From the NCBI GenBank assembly GCA_964401575.1, contig CAYNZC010000003.1:200-64199 (forward strand): 64,000 nt of DNA, given 5' to 3'. Of the stretch, positions 46,768-56,157 are shown piece after piece. A program made the translations under genes and the position numbers. This DNA comes from an uncultured Verrucomicrobiota bacterium (GTDB lineage Bacteria > Verrucomicrobiota > Verrucomicrobiia > Limisphaerales > UBA8199). The number at the start of each line of letters is the position of its first letter. Positions within the stretch are counted from its first letter, which is position 1. Under the pieces are notes generated by a model, which was not told the origin of the DNA, did not search any database, and saw nothing but the letters and a program-made list of their open reading frames with translations.

Positions 46768-49700
46768 CTATTGCTTTGGCATGTAATAGTAGGCCGGATC
46801 TGCCCCGTTTATCGGAATCCGCACGGAACTTCTGCCGCCTGCTGTCACAGGGCTGAATCCTGGAACTTCGCTCCACGCCGGTGGATTCAACGTCGGCGAC
46901 CGCAGGATGCCCTGCAGGGTGTAGAGAGCATCCCAGCTCAATACAACTTCAGATCCCTGCACTTCGATCCTCAAATCCAACGACTCAATGGTCGTCTTGA
47001 TCATTGCCTCATTGTCGTCCTTGCTCGGATCCGTAACGTCCGAGGCGCAGATCGCGTAATTATCCGTGATGCGTCCCGGGTTAAACGGCCTGACCGTAAT
47101 TGTGCCCGAGGCCTGTTGGCCGACGTCGATATCGCCCAGGTTCAGAGTCACGAGATCATTGGCACTGCTGCCACCCGGCGCCACAGAGACGAACTGCACG
47201 TCCGGCGGCAATTCGTAAGTGGCGATCACATTTGGCGCCAGCGAAGGCCCGGCATTGCTGACAGTGATCGTGTAGAACATGTTCAGCCCGGCAGCCACGG
47301 GATTCCCCGAGCCCACAATCCTGAGGTTCAGGTCGGCTCCCGGCGCAACAATCCATGTCGTAGCGCTCGCCATATTGTTGTCCGGGTTCAAGTCGCTTGT
47401 GGTGGAGGTGATCGTAGCCGCGTTAGTGACCGTCCCGGCGATCTGCGGCGCGACCACGACATTCATGTGCGCCCAGGCACTGACAGGAAGATTGCCAATG
47501 CTCCATACCAGCCGCCCTGCGGCGTTGGTCGTGGCGGACCCCGTCGAGGGCACCGAACTGACATAAGCAGCCCCCGCCGGCAGGATGTCCGTAACCAGCA
47601 CGTTTGCGGCAGCCGACGGTCCGTGATTCATCACGGTAACGGTGTAACTAATATTGCTCTTCACAATGGCGCTCTCTTCGTTGGCGGTGACGCTGACTCC
47701 AAGGTCCGCAGCAACCGACATCGAGGTGTCCACGCGTAGCGACCAGCCGTTTGAGATTGCGCCGGAATAAAGCTGCATGCCGTCCAGGACATACAGCGAC
47801 CAGGTGCCATTCGGGTTCTCGCCGTTGAACACGGAAAGGTTCGTGGCATAGGGCACCGGCACCGGGAAGCTCGGAGGCAACTGCGAGTAACTGGTCGGCT
47901 TCACAACGCCGTTGGTGATCCTGGCGGAGAACGGCAGCACCGCGCTTGCCGCATCCTCAAACGTCAGCGTGGCGTTGGTCGCCCAGTAACTGCCGCCCGC
48001 CCTGGACATCAGGTAGGTCTTCGATCCCGCCGGGGAGACCAGCAGCATGCTCACGTCACTCGGCCACTGGTGATTAAAGTTGCTCACCGTGACCGAGACC
48101 TTCGAAACGACACCGCCCAGGCCGGATACATTGATGGTTGAAGGATACGGTGATGCCGGGGCGGCATCGTTGATCGTGATCATCGCCCCATTCGTGAACC
48201 CGGCCACCGCGTTGCCGATACTAAGGTTAAACACAGCGTTGCTGACGCTCGTCTCGCCATCCACCAGGCTCAAGGTCACCGCGAGAGGCTGCCCATTGGT
48301 GCCCGACGCCGTGAAGGAGAACGGACGGAAGGCCGATGCGCCCTTCACTTCCAAAACTCCGTAGCTCTGCGGTCCGCTCGGGTTCACAATGCCCGGGCCG
48401 GCCAGCAGGGTCGCCACAAGATTCTGCGTGTTCGTGCCGGAAGCATTCCGCAACGCGAGCCACAGCGTGACCGTTTCGCCGGGGTCAATGCTGTTGTTCA
48501 CCGGCCCGCTCTCCGCGGCCAGCGCCGCGCCGGCAGGCACAATAAAGCTGCCGTCATCCTCGAGAATGGTCAGAGTCGCCGCGGGAGATGACAGCACGCC
48601 GTTTCCGCTGGGATTCTTGAGCGACAGCAGCACGGTGTGATCCACATCGAGCAGCGTGTTGTCCAGAATGATCACACTAAAGGTCTTCTCTGTTTCCCCG
48701 GGCAGGAAGGTGAGTGAACCGCTCGTTTCGACGTAATGCGAACCCGGCGTCGCCGACCCGGCCTGCGTGGCATACTCCACACTCACCACGCTATTGGTGT
48801 AACCGGACCGCACCACCTCGATCGTGGCGTTGACCGCGTTCTCACGAACCGTGAACGCCGGACTCGAGAAGCCCAAACCGCTCAGGTCGTTCGCAATGAT
48901 CACCGACGCCCTGGCCGGCGGCAGAATCGCCACGCCCTCGCTGGCGCCGGACAACAAAACCTCGAATGATTTGTCCGAGTCCGCAACGCGGTTGTTGACC
49001 AGCGGAACAACAAACGAAGCGCTGGCTGCGCCGTTGGTAAAGACCGCCGTGCCGCTGGTGGCCAGGTAATCCACGCCAGCGACTGCCGTCCCATTTGTCG
49101 TCGAGTAGTCCACGCTCACCGTGTCCGGAGTCTCATTTGTTCGGAACAGGGTGATGACCACGTTGTCCGCACTCTTGACCGTGGCAAAGGTGTTGGTCGT
49201 AAAGCCCACGCCGGGATCCGTGTCGATGATGACCACCACGGCCGCAAAGGGATTCAGCAACTGAGCCGGCGCCGAGGGGTTCGACAGGTTCACCCCGAAG
49301 CTCACGGGCCCGGTCACGCGCGGATCGCGCAGGATCGGCACGTTGAAGTTCTTCACTAACTCGCCCGGTTGGAAGGTCAGCGTGCCTGAAATGCTCGTGT
49401 AATTCGTCCCCGGTATCGCGCCGTCGAGCAGATTGGTTGTCGCATACTGCACGGTCGTAATACCGTTGGTTCCGTTCTGCCGGATCACCGTGAGGGATAC
49501 CGTGCCGTCCTTGTCCATCGTTGTGTAGGAAGGCCTCGAGAAGCTCACCCCGATGTCGTTATCCACCACTGTCACGGGCACGGTCACAGGGTCCAGAATT
49601 CCCGCCGCGCCGATCGCATTCGTCAGCGTCACATAGAACATGCTGTCGCCCTGCACCAGGCTGCTGTCAAAAATCGGCACCTGGAAGTTCTTGGAAACTT

Positions 49701-52700
49701 CCCCGTCAGAGAAGGTCAGTCTGCCCGAGACGGGCTGATAGGTAACACCCGGAATCGCGGTGCCGGGCAAGGTCCTGTAATCCACAGTCACCACTCCCGA
49801 CCGCCCGTTTGAACGCTGGACGGTAACGGTCAGCGGACCCGCCCCTTCGATCGCACGGAGGCTTGTCGAGGCGAACCCGAGGGAACCGGGCGCCTGGTCC
49901 ACATCCTGAATGGTCAGGGTAGCCGTGTTCGGAGTCGAAAGAAGCGTTCCCATTGCGCCTGTCAACTCCAGGCCAACCGTCGTGTCCCCCTGCGCCGCCG
50001 GATCATACAGCACCGGCACTTTCGTAAAGGCAACCTGCTGGCCGGCCGCAAATGCCACCGTGTTCACCACCGGCACATAGTGAAGATTCGGCACCGCCGT
50101 CCCGCCAGTTGTCGAAACCATCACCGATGCCGGCAGCCGCAATCCGCCCTCGCGCACGACACGGATTGTCGCCGCGCCATCCACCGCATCCTCATTGCGG
50201 AAGTACATCTCGCTCTCGAAGTGGACGATGTTGTCCGTGTTGTAAATCACCAGCGTCGCGTAGGGCTGATTCCCGAATTCCGCCGGCGGACTGACCGATG
50301 TGATATCAATAAACACCGTCAGGTCCGGCGTGATCTGGATATCGCGCAAAATCGGGACCAGGAATGTCTTCACGACCTCGCCCTCGGGGAAGACGACTGT
50401 CGTGGTCACATCCGTGTAATTAACGCCGGGCACGGCTGTGCCTGCGGTTGTCCGGACCTCGGCGGTCACGCTTCCAACCGTTCCGCCGCGGCGGCGCAGT
50501 GTGATCACCGCATTGGTGCTCCCCTCGTTCACCTCGAACAAGGCGGAAGCGAATGTGATGGCGCCCGCATCGTCTGTCGCGCCTCCGAAAACCCGGGCGA
50601 TGCCGTTCCGAACCTGGTTGCCATACATCGTGAAGCTGCCGGCAATGACCATCATGTCGTCCGGTTGGATGACAACCGTATGCACGGCACTGTTGGCGCC
50701 TTCCTCGAAGTTTATGGATGCATCCGCCGCCCCGCTGGGCAACAGTCGGGTAATGCGACTCCGGTAAAGCCCGCTGGCAGAGGTAAACTGACCCGTCAGC
50801 AGTATCCGGTTATCCGCCAGCACCTTGATGGCTTCAACCGTGTCATTAGCGCCCTGCCCCACATTGAAGGTGGCATCGAGCAAGCCGTTCACCGTCAACC
50901 GCGCAAAGCGGTTTACCGCCTGCCCCCGGTAGCTTGTAAATGCGCCGCCGATCAGCACCTTGCCATCCGCTTGTATCGCAATGGCTCTGACGGCTTCATT
51001 GGCCCCGGAACCCGGATCAAAGCTCACGTCCAGTGTGCCGTCCGGATTCAACCGCGCGATGCTGTTGCGCGACTGTCCGTTGACACTCTGGAAGTTTCCA
51101 CCGATCAGGATCTTGCCAGCATGGATGGAATTTGTGGGATAAACGGCAATGGCATACACCGCGCCGCCAATCGTTAGAGAACTGCTGAAGGTTTCGTCCA
51201 ACGCGCCGTTGTTCTTGAGACGCGCGAGGCCCTGCCGCACCTGGCCATTGACGGTGTTAAACGCGCCACCCATAAGGATGGTCCGATTCGTGCCGGAGAA
51301 TGTCTCCGCAAGGATAAACACGGTTCCGTCCGCCCCGACGCCCGGATTGAACGACGTGTCCAACTGGCCATCCGTCAGAAGCCGCGCCAAACGGTTCCTG
51401 GCCGCGCCATTCACCTGGGTAAAGCCTCCGGCCAGGAGGATGCGCCCGTCGGTCTGCAGCAATACACTGCGCACCGGGCCGTTGGCGCCGCCCATTCCCT
51501 GCTGGAACCCGGTGTCCAGCGAACCGTCCGCGTTAAGCCGTGCAATTCTGCTCCGCGCGATGCTGTTGGCCAGGGTGAAATCACCACCGGCAAGCACCTT
51601 GCCGTCTTCCTGAAGTTGCAGCGCAAACACCTCGCCATTGAATCCAGGATCCGCGTTAAAGGTCAGGTCCAGTGTGCCCGGAGGCGCATTGAAATCCTCG
51701 GCATCAATAATATTGACCTGGGCAACCGATACAGGTCCCAGCAGGCCGGTTGGAAGCGTGTTGCTCAATACGACGCTGAAGAAGAATGGAGACTCGTCGT
51801 CATTATCGACATAGTCGCGCAGAATCGGCACCTCGAAACTCTTGGCCACTTCGCCTGGGGCAAAGGCAAGCTGTCCACCCACGGAAACATAGTTTGGAGC
51901 CACCCCGGTAGGAACGGCAGTACCAGCCGCGGTGCCGTAGTTCACGGTCACGGATTGCGAACTTCCCGCAGTCCTGACGACCGTAATGGTCGCTTTGCCC
52001 GCCGTCTCCGATACCCGGTAGGAGGCTGTGCTGAACTGCAGAAGGCCGTAGCTGTCGTCTTCTATGATCCGGATGGCTGTCTGCACGGTCCCGCCCAAGG
52101 CGGTGTTGTTCGTCCCGGTCCGGATCACCGCGTCGAAAAGCACGTTCGTGAAATACAGGTCCGTGCCCACGGTATCATTCGGCAGGAATGGAATCGTTAT
52201 CTGCTTCGGCGCCGTCTCGGCATCGCCCCATTCAACATAATTGGTGGCGCCGACGTAATTCACGCCGCTCAGGGCCGTGCCATCCGCCGTCCGGTAATGC
52301 ACCCGGAGCACACCCGTGCTGCCGCCCGTGCGGGTGAGGGTCAGGACAACTGCGCCCGCCCCTTCATTTGTCGCGAAAGTGGCGCTCGAGAAGTTCACAA
52401 ACCCATACGGGAAATCGTTGTCCACGATACTCAACGTCGCATTGGTGATTCCCAAAGACGGAGCCGCAGGATTCCCGTTAGGATTGCTCAGCAACAATTC
52501 CACCGTGCGGTCCTGGGACTGGACGGTGTAATTGTCCGGGATCCTAACCTGGAATGTCTTGCTCAGCACCCCTGCGCCAAACGTGAGGGTGCCATTCGTT
52601 GCGAAGTAGTCCAGGTTCTTGACGGCAGTGCCGTTGGCGCCCGTCTGGAAGTTGACCTGCACGATACCCGCTGATCCATCCGTTCGTTGCACCGTGATGG

Positions 52701-55700
52701 TGGCGTTCGTGCCTTCTGAAACCGCGTAAGCGGACATCGTGAAGCCCAACTTCCCGGGGTCCCGGTTGTCGTCCACAATCGTCAGCGTAGCCCGCGACTT
52801 GCCGATGGCTGCGTTGATCGGGATGTTTTCGCCGCCCGGATACCAGTGATCGGCGCCGCTGGGGATGTTCAACTCAAACTGCGCGAAACGATTCCCGGCC
52901 GTGCCCGGATTCAGGATGGTAACGACAGGCACAACGCTGCCCCTGTCGGTCCAGAAGCGGCCGTAAATGTCGTTCATGAGCGTGTTGAGGCCATAGAAAC
53001 CGTCCGTCATCATGCGCGAGAGACCCCACGAACCGCGGTACACCGGGGGAATCGCGTTATACTGAAAGTCCGTCCCCGCGCTTGCGCTGGCCGGGTCCAC
53101 AACAAGATTGGCGGAAGCATAACCGAGCGCTCCGTTCTCGCGGAGCAGGCTCACATTCAGAACGTCCTGCTGCTGGTTCACCGAGTAACTGTCATAAGCC
53201 AGCGAAATGTTTCCCGGCCCGGGGGTCTCACCGCCCACCAACCGCGCAAGGTTGTTGCGGTTCCGGTAGGTTGCGCGGTTCAATGAATCAAAATAATAGC
53301 CGCCATCTATCGGCTGCAGCGCGCTATCCCCGTAGCCGCCACCCACCTGTGAAAAACCGCCGGCAATGATCACTCCACCATCGCTGGCCACTCCTGCCGC
53401 CCAAACAAAGCCCCGCGGAGAGAGCGCCGAGTTGTGAAACTTACGCGGAAAACCGGCAAACTGGTTGTACGTCGTGTCGAGGAATGACGTATCCACTGTG
53501 CCGTTGGGGAACAGCCGGGCAAATCCCACCCGGTGCGTTCCATTGAAGGATGAAAACAGGCCGCCAATGTAAAGAGCGCCGCCGGTTGCCGGTGTAATCG
53601 AGTAAACGGTGTCGTCCGCGCCGACTCTGCTTTCGAAAGCCGTATCCACAGACCCGTCCCCGTTCACCCGCGCAAGGCGCGTGTGCTCAAAGCCATTGAT
53701 GGAAGTAAACTCGCCGCCAAGAACAATGCCTCCCTGGTGCAGCGCCAGGGCATAAACGGGACCGTCAACACTCAAACCGAGCTTGAAGTTAAACGCGGTA
53801 TCCGGCTGTCCGCCGGTGGTCAAAGCGGCAAAATTGGGGACATTCACTGCCCCGAGCCCCGAGAACTCACCGCCGATAACGATCGGTCCTGAGGGAATTG
53901 CAAGTATGGCATTAACCGGGCCGTTCGGACTGCTGTCCCCGGGATCGAAGGTATCATCCACAGAACCGTCTTCGTTCAACCGGACAATGTTCCGCCGACT
54001 GTGTCCGTTGAACGATGTAAAATCGCCGCCGACCAGGATTTTTCCATCCTCCTGGATGGCGATCGCCCACACCGTGCCGTTCGCCCCGGTGCCGGGCGCG
54101 AACGTGGTATCCAGCGTGCCGCCGGAGTTCAGCCGCGCAATGCCGTTGCGTTGCACGCCGTTGTAAAAGGAAAAGGCCCCGCCGATCAGGTACCTGCCCG
54201 CGCTGTCACGAGACACGCAACTGACAAAATCATTCGCGCCTTCACCCGGGTTGAACGTGGCGTCCAGCGAACCGTCCGGATTCACCCTGGCAACCCTGTT
54301 CCTGGGCACCGTGTTGTAAGAGGCAAAATCTCCCACAATCAGCGTCTTGTCGTCGGGATCCATGTTCAGGCCGAACACGGTCGCATCGGCGCCGGGCTGC
54401 GGCATATACGGCGGCACGGTGTTCAGCGACTTGTCGGGGTTGTAAAAGATATCCACGGCGCCAGCCGGCTGGTCCGAGGGATCCGCCAGAATCGTAACCG
54501 TCGCACGGTCAATCAGGCCGAGGCGGAAGCGCGATCCGTCCTTTTCGCCCCAGATGGTTAAAAGAAAATCTTCATTCAATTCGGGAAGCAAATCCTCGTG
54601 AATCGGGATCGTAATAGGCTTGGGCTGCCAGTCGTTCTGGCCGAATGTAACGGTGCCATACACGGGGCCGTAGTCGGCTCCACGACCGGGCCACCCGAGA
54701 TTCTCCGGATCCGGCGTCGCGTAATCCGCCCCTGCTGACATTCTGCCCAGCAGGCTGAATGAATTGTCCCGATGGGTGTCGGAATAGTTATCCGTCACGT
54801 TGATGCCATAATGCACCGTCACAGACGCGTTGTTGTCGCCGCTGCGGGTCAGATAAATCACAATCTGCCCCTCGTCCTCGGCAACCCGGAACCATTTCTT
54901 CTCGATGTTGATCACGGCATTGGATGGGCCAACAAAAGCCGGCGGGTCGTTTGTATCCAGGTTCCTGTTCACCACCGGGTCCACATCGGCATCGAGAATG
55001 GTCACCAGCGTTTCCGACATCGCGGTGCTGATCCGCGGCGGAGCCACCTCCGAAGATTCCCCTTCGTCCAGCGCGACCTCCGTGATGCGCATTTTGAAAG
55101 AGCGGAGAAAGGCAAGAATGGGATCGTCCGCAGGCACTTCGAGCACGGGCGGATCGCTCTCGACGATGGGCACCACAATGGTCCGGCTCATCTCGTACTC
55201 GTTGAAAACGACCTCGTTCTCCATCAGAAAGTAATCCAGCATGTTGATTGCCGTGTCGTCTTCGGGCGCAAAGGATACCCGCACACGGCCGGAGGAGCCC
55301 ATGGACCTCGTAATGGTCACCACTGCTCCGGACTGGTCGTGCCGCGCCATAGAGATATGATCCGGGGCCCGTGTGTACGTTTCCGTTTCCGAGACCACGT
55401 ATTCATCGAGGGTGAAGTGGAAAACACCGGAGGGTTTGTATGCCCAGTTCAAAACCAGGGTCGGATCCTCAGCCATCCCGAGAGCCTGAACGGCGATGTA
55501 ATAAACCTGGTCCTGCTTCGCATTGAACCGGACCAGACCCGGGCCGGCGGTCGGAGCCAGTCTGAAGACATAATCGTATTTCGAGTTGCCGCCAAACAGG
55601 GCGCCATCGTTCGCCGCAATCTGCTTCAGCCCGCCCACGCTCGATCCCTGGTACACGGCCAGAATGGCGGGGAAACCGCTTCCCTCAGTATCGAAGGTCA

Positions 55701-55968
55701 CCTCAGCCGACCTGGGAGCAATCCACTTGTACCACACACTGCCACTGGCAAATTGCCCTGCGTGGCTGGGCTCGCCATCCTCGGACGTGGCATCCGTGAC
55801 ATCACCCGCCGCCTGGCCCCAGAGACCGGCGATGGGCAGCACTTCGGCGTCAACAAAGTTGTCGTTTGCCGGCTGGCACTGGGAATTCAATGCGCTGAAA
55901 CAAAGGCTGGTCGCAAAACAAAGCCCGATCGTCCGCGCAATCAGGGAACTGGTCCACAAATCTCGCAT
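46768..55968 (-). CDS. Giant secreted protein: ~12 Calx-beta domains, two blocks of delta-60-type beta-propeller repeats, one P-domain, 2 DUF11 repeats, C-terminal beta-sandwich module
   Basis: Signal peptide MRDLWTSSLIARTIGLCFATSLCFSALNS at ATG 55968; the ORF is open from 56103. Calx-beta units have the form VNFQTGANGTAVKNLDYFATNGTLTFGAGVLSKTFQVRIPDN. Delta-60 units have the form DGSLDTTFAPGTGANGTVWAIAIQEDGKILVGGDFTSFNG. The P-domain is ..VSNFNHQWPSDVSMLLVSPAG..NGTWSLYVLD... Confidence 0.85.
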   Translation of the reverse strand: MRDLWTSSLIARTIGLCFATSLCFSALNSQCQPANDNFVDAEVLPIAGLWGQAAGDVTDATSEDGEPSHAGQFASGSVWYKWIAPRSAEVTFDTEGSGFPAILAVYQGSSVGGLKQIAANDGALFGGNSKYDYVFRLAPTAGPGLVRFNAKQDQVYYIAVQALGMAEDPTLVLNWAYKPSGVFHFTLDEYVVSETETYTRAPDHISMARHDQSGAVVTITRSMGSSGRVRVSFAPEDDTAINMLDYFLMENEVVFNEYEMSRTIVVPIVESDPPVLEVPADDPILAFLRSFKMRITEVALDEGESSEVAPPRISTAMSETLVTILDADVDPVVNRNLDTNDPPAFVGPSNAVINIEKKWFRVAEDEGQIVIYLTRSGDNNASVTVHYGINVTDNYSDTHRDNSFSLLGRMSAGADYATPDPENLGWPGRGADYGPVYGTVTFGQNDWQPKPITIPIHEDLLPELNEDFLLTIWGEKDGSRFRLGLIDRATVTILADPSDQPAGAVDIFYNPDKSLNTVPPYMPQPGADATVFGLNMDPDDKTLIVGDFASYNTVPRNRVARVNPDGSLDATFNPGEGANDFVSCVSRDSAGRYLIGGAFSFYNGVQRNGIARLNSGGTLDTTFAPGTGANGTVWAIAIQEDGKILVGGDFTSFNGHSRRNIVRLNEDGSVDDTFDPGDSSPNGPVNAILAIPSGPIVIGGEFSGLGAVNVPNFAALTTGGQPDTAFNFKLGLSVDGPVYALALHQGGIVLGGEFTSINGFEHTRLARVNGDGSVDTAFESRVGADDTVYSITPATGGALYIGGLFSSFNGTHRVGFARLFPNGTVDTSFLDTTYNQFAGFPRKFHNSALSPRGFVWAAGVASDGGVIIAGGFSQVGGGYGDSALQPIDGGYYFDSLNRATYRNRNNLARLVGGETPGPGNISLAYDSYSVNQQQDVLNVSLLRENGALGYASANLVVDPASASAGTDFQYNAIPPVYRGSWGLSRMMTDGFYGLNTLMNDIYGRFWTDRGSVVPVVTILNPGTAGNRFAQFELNIPSGADHWYPGGENIPINAAIGKSRATLTIVDDNRDPGKLGFTMSAYAVSEGTNATITVQRTDGSAGIVQVNFQTGANGTAVKNLDYFATNGTLTFGAGVLSKTFQVRIPDNYTVQSQDRTVELLLSNPNGNPAAPSLGITNATLSIVDNDFPYGFVNFSSATFATNEGAGAVVLTLTRTGGSTGVLRVHYRTADGTALSGVNYVGATNYVEWGDAETAPKQITIPFLPNDTVGTDLYFTNVLFDAVIRTGTNNTALGGTVQTAIRIIEDDSYGLLQFSTASYRVSETAGKATITVVRTAGSSQSVTVNYGTAAGTAVPTGVAPNYVSVGGQLAFAPGEVAKSFEVPILRDYVDNDDESPFFFSVVLSNTLPTGLLGPVSVAQVNIIDAEDFNAPPGTLDLTFNADPGFNGEVFALQLQEDGKVLAGGDFTLANSIARSRIARLNADGSLDTGFQQGMGGANGPVRSVLLQTDGRILLAGGFTQVNGAARNRLARLLTDGQLDTSFNPGVGADGTVFILAETFSGTNRTILMGGAFNTVNGQVRQGLARLKNNGALDETFSSSLTIGGAVYAIAVYPTNSIHAGKILIGGNFQSVNGQSRNSIARLNPDGTLDVSFDPGSGANEAVRAIAIQADGKVLIGGAFTSYRGQAVNRFARLTVNGLLDATFNVGQGANDTVEAIKVLADNRILLTGQFTSASGLYRSRITRLLPSGAADASINFEEGANSAVHTVVIQPDDMMVIAGSFTMYGNQVRNGIARVFGGATDDAGAITFASALFEVNEGSTNAVITLRRRGGTVGSVTAEVRTTAGTAVPGVNYTDVTTTVVFPEGEVVKTFLVPILRDIQITPDLTVFIDITSVSPPAEFGNQPYATLVIYNTDNIVHFESEMYFRNEDAVDGAATIRVVREGGLRLPASVMVSTTGGTAVPNLHYVPVVNTVAFAAGQQVAFTKVPVLYDPAAQGDTTVGLELTGAMGTLLSTPNTATLTIQDVDQAPGSLGFASTSLRAIEGAGPLTVTVQRSNGRSGVVTVDYRTLPGTAIPGVTYQPVSGRLTFSDGEVSKNFQVPIFDSSLVQGDSMFYVTLTNAIGAAGILDPVTVPVTVVDNDIGVSFSRPSYTTMDKDGTVSLTVIRQNGTNGITTVQYATTNLLDGAIPGTNYTSISGTLTFQPGELVKNFNVPILRDPRVTGPVSFGVNLSNPSAPAQLLNPFAAVVVIIDTDPGVGFTTNTFATVKSADNVVITLFRTNETPDTVSVDYSTTNGTAVAGVDYLATSGTAVFTNGAASASFVVPLVNNRVADSDKSFEVLLSGASEGVAILPPARASVIIANDLSGLGFSSPAFTVRENAVNATIEVVRSGYTNSVVSVEYATQAGSATPGSHYVETSGSLTFLPGETEKTFSVIILDNTLLDVDHTVLLSLKNPSGNGVLSSPAATLTILEDDGSFIVPAGAALAAESGPVNNSIDPGETVTLWLALRNASGTNTQNLVATLLAGPGIVNPSGPQSYGVLEVKGASAFRPFSFTASGTNGQPLAVTLSLVDGETSVSNAVFNLSIGNAVAGFTNGAMITINDAAPASPYPSTINVSGLGGVVSKVSVTVSNFNHQWPSDVSMLLVSPAGSKTYLMSRAGGSYWATNATLTFEDAASAVLPFSARITNGVVKPTSYSQLPPSFPVPVPYATNLSVFNGENPNGTWSLYVLDGMQLYSGAISNGWSLRVDTSMSVAADLGVSVTANEESAIVKSNISYTVTVMNHGPSAAANVLVTDILPAGAAYVSSVPSTGSATTNAAGRLVWSIGNLPVSAWAHMNVVVAPQIAGTVTNAATITSTTSDLNPDNNMASATTWIVAPGADLNLRIVGSGNPVAAGLNMFYTITVSNAGPSLAPNVIATYELPPDVQFVSVAPGGSSANDLVTLNLGDIDVGQQASGTITVRPFNPGRITDNYAICASDVTDPSKDDNEAMIKTTIESLDLRIEVQGSEVVLSWDALYTLQGILRSPTLNPPAWSEVPGFSPVTAGGRSSVRIPINGADPAYYYMPKQ

Positions 55969-56157
55969 AGCTGTTCTCTTCACTAGTGGTCGTATCGTTT
56001 CTTTCCCGGTTAGCCCTCTGCATACATGCTCCGCCGCCAGCCTTGGTTCGCCTCCATCGCGGATGCGCGATCCCGAGCTCCGCTTGCTGGCGAAGCCTGC
56101 CATATCTACCGTTTCCGGCGGCTAACACGCCATGAAACGTCTCAAATGGATCTCCCG

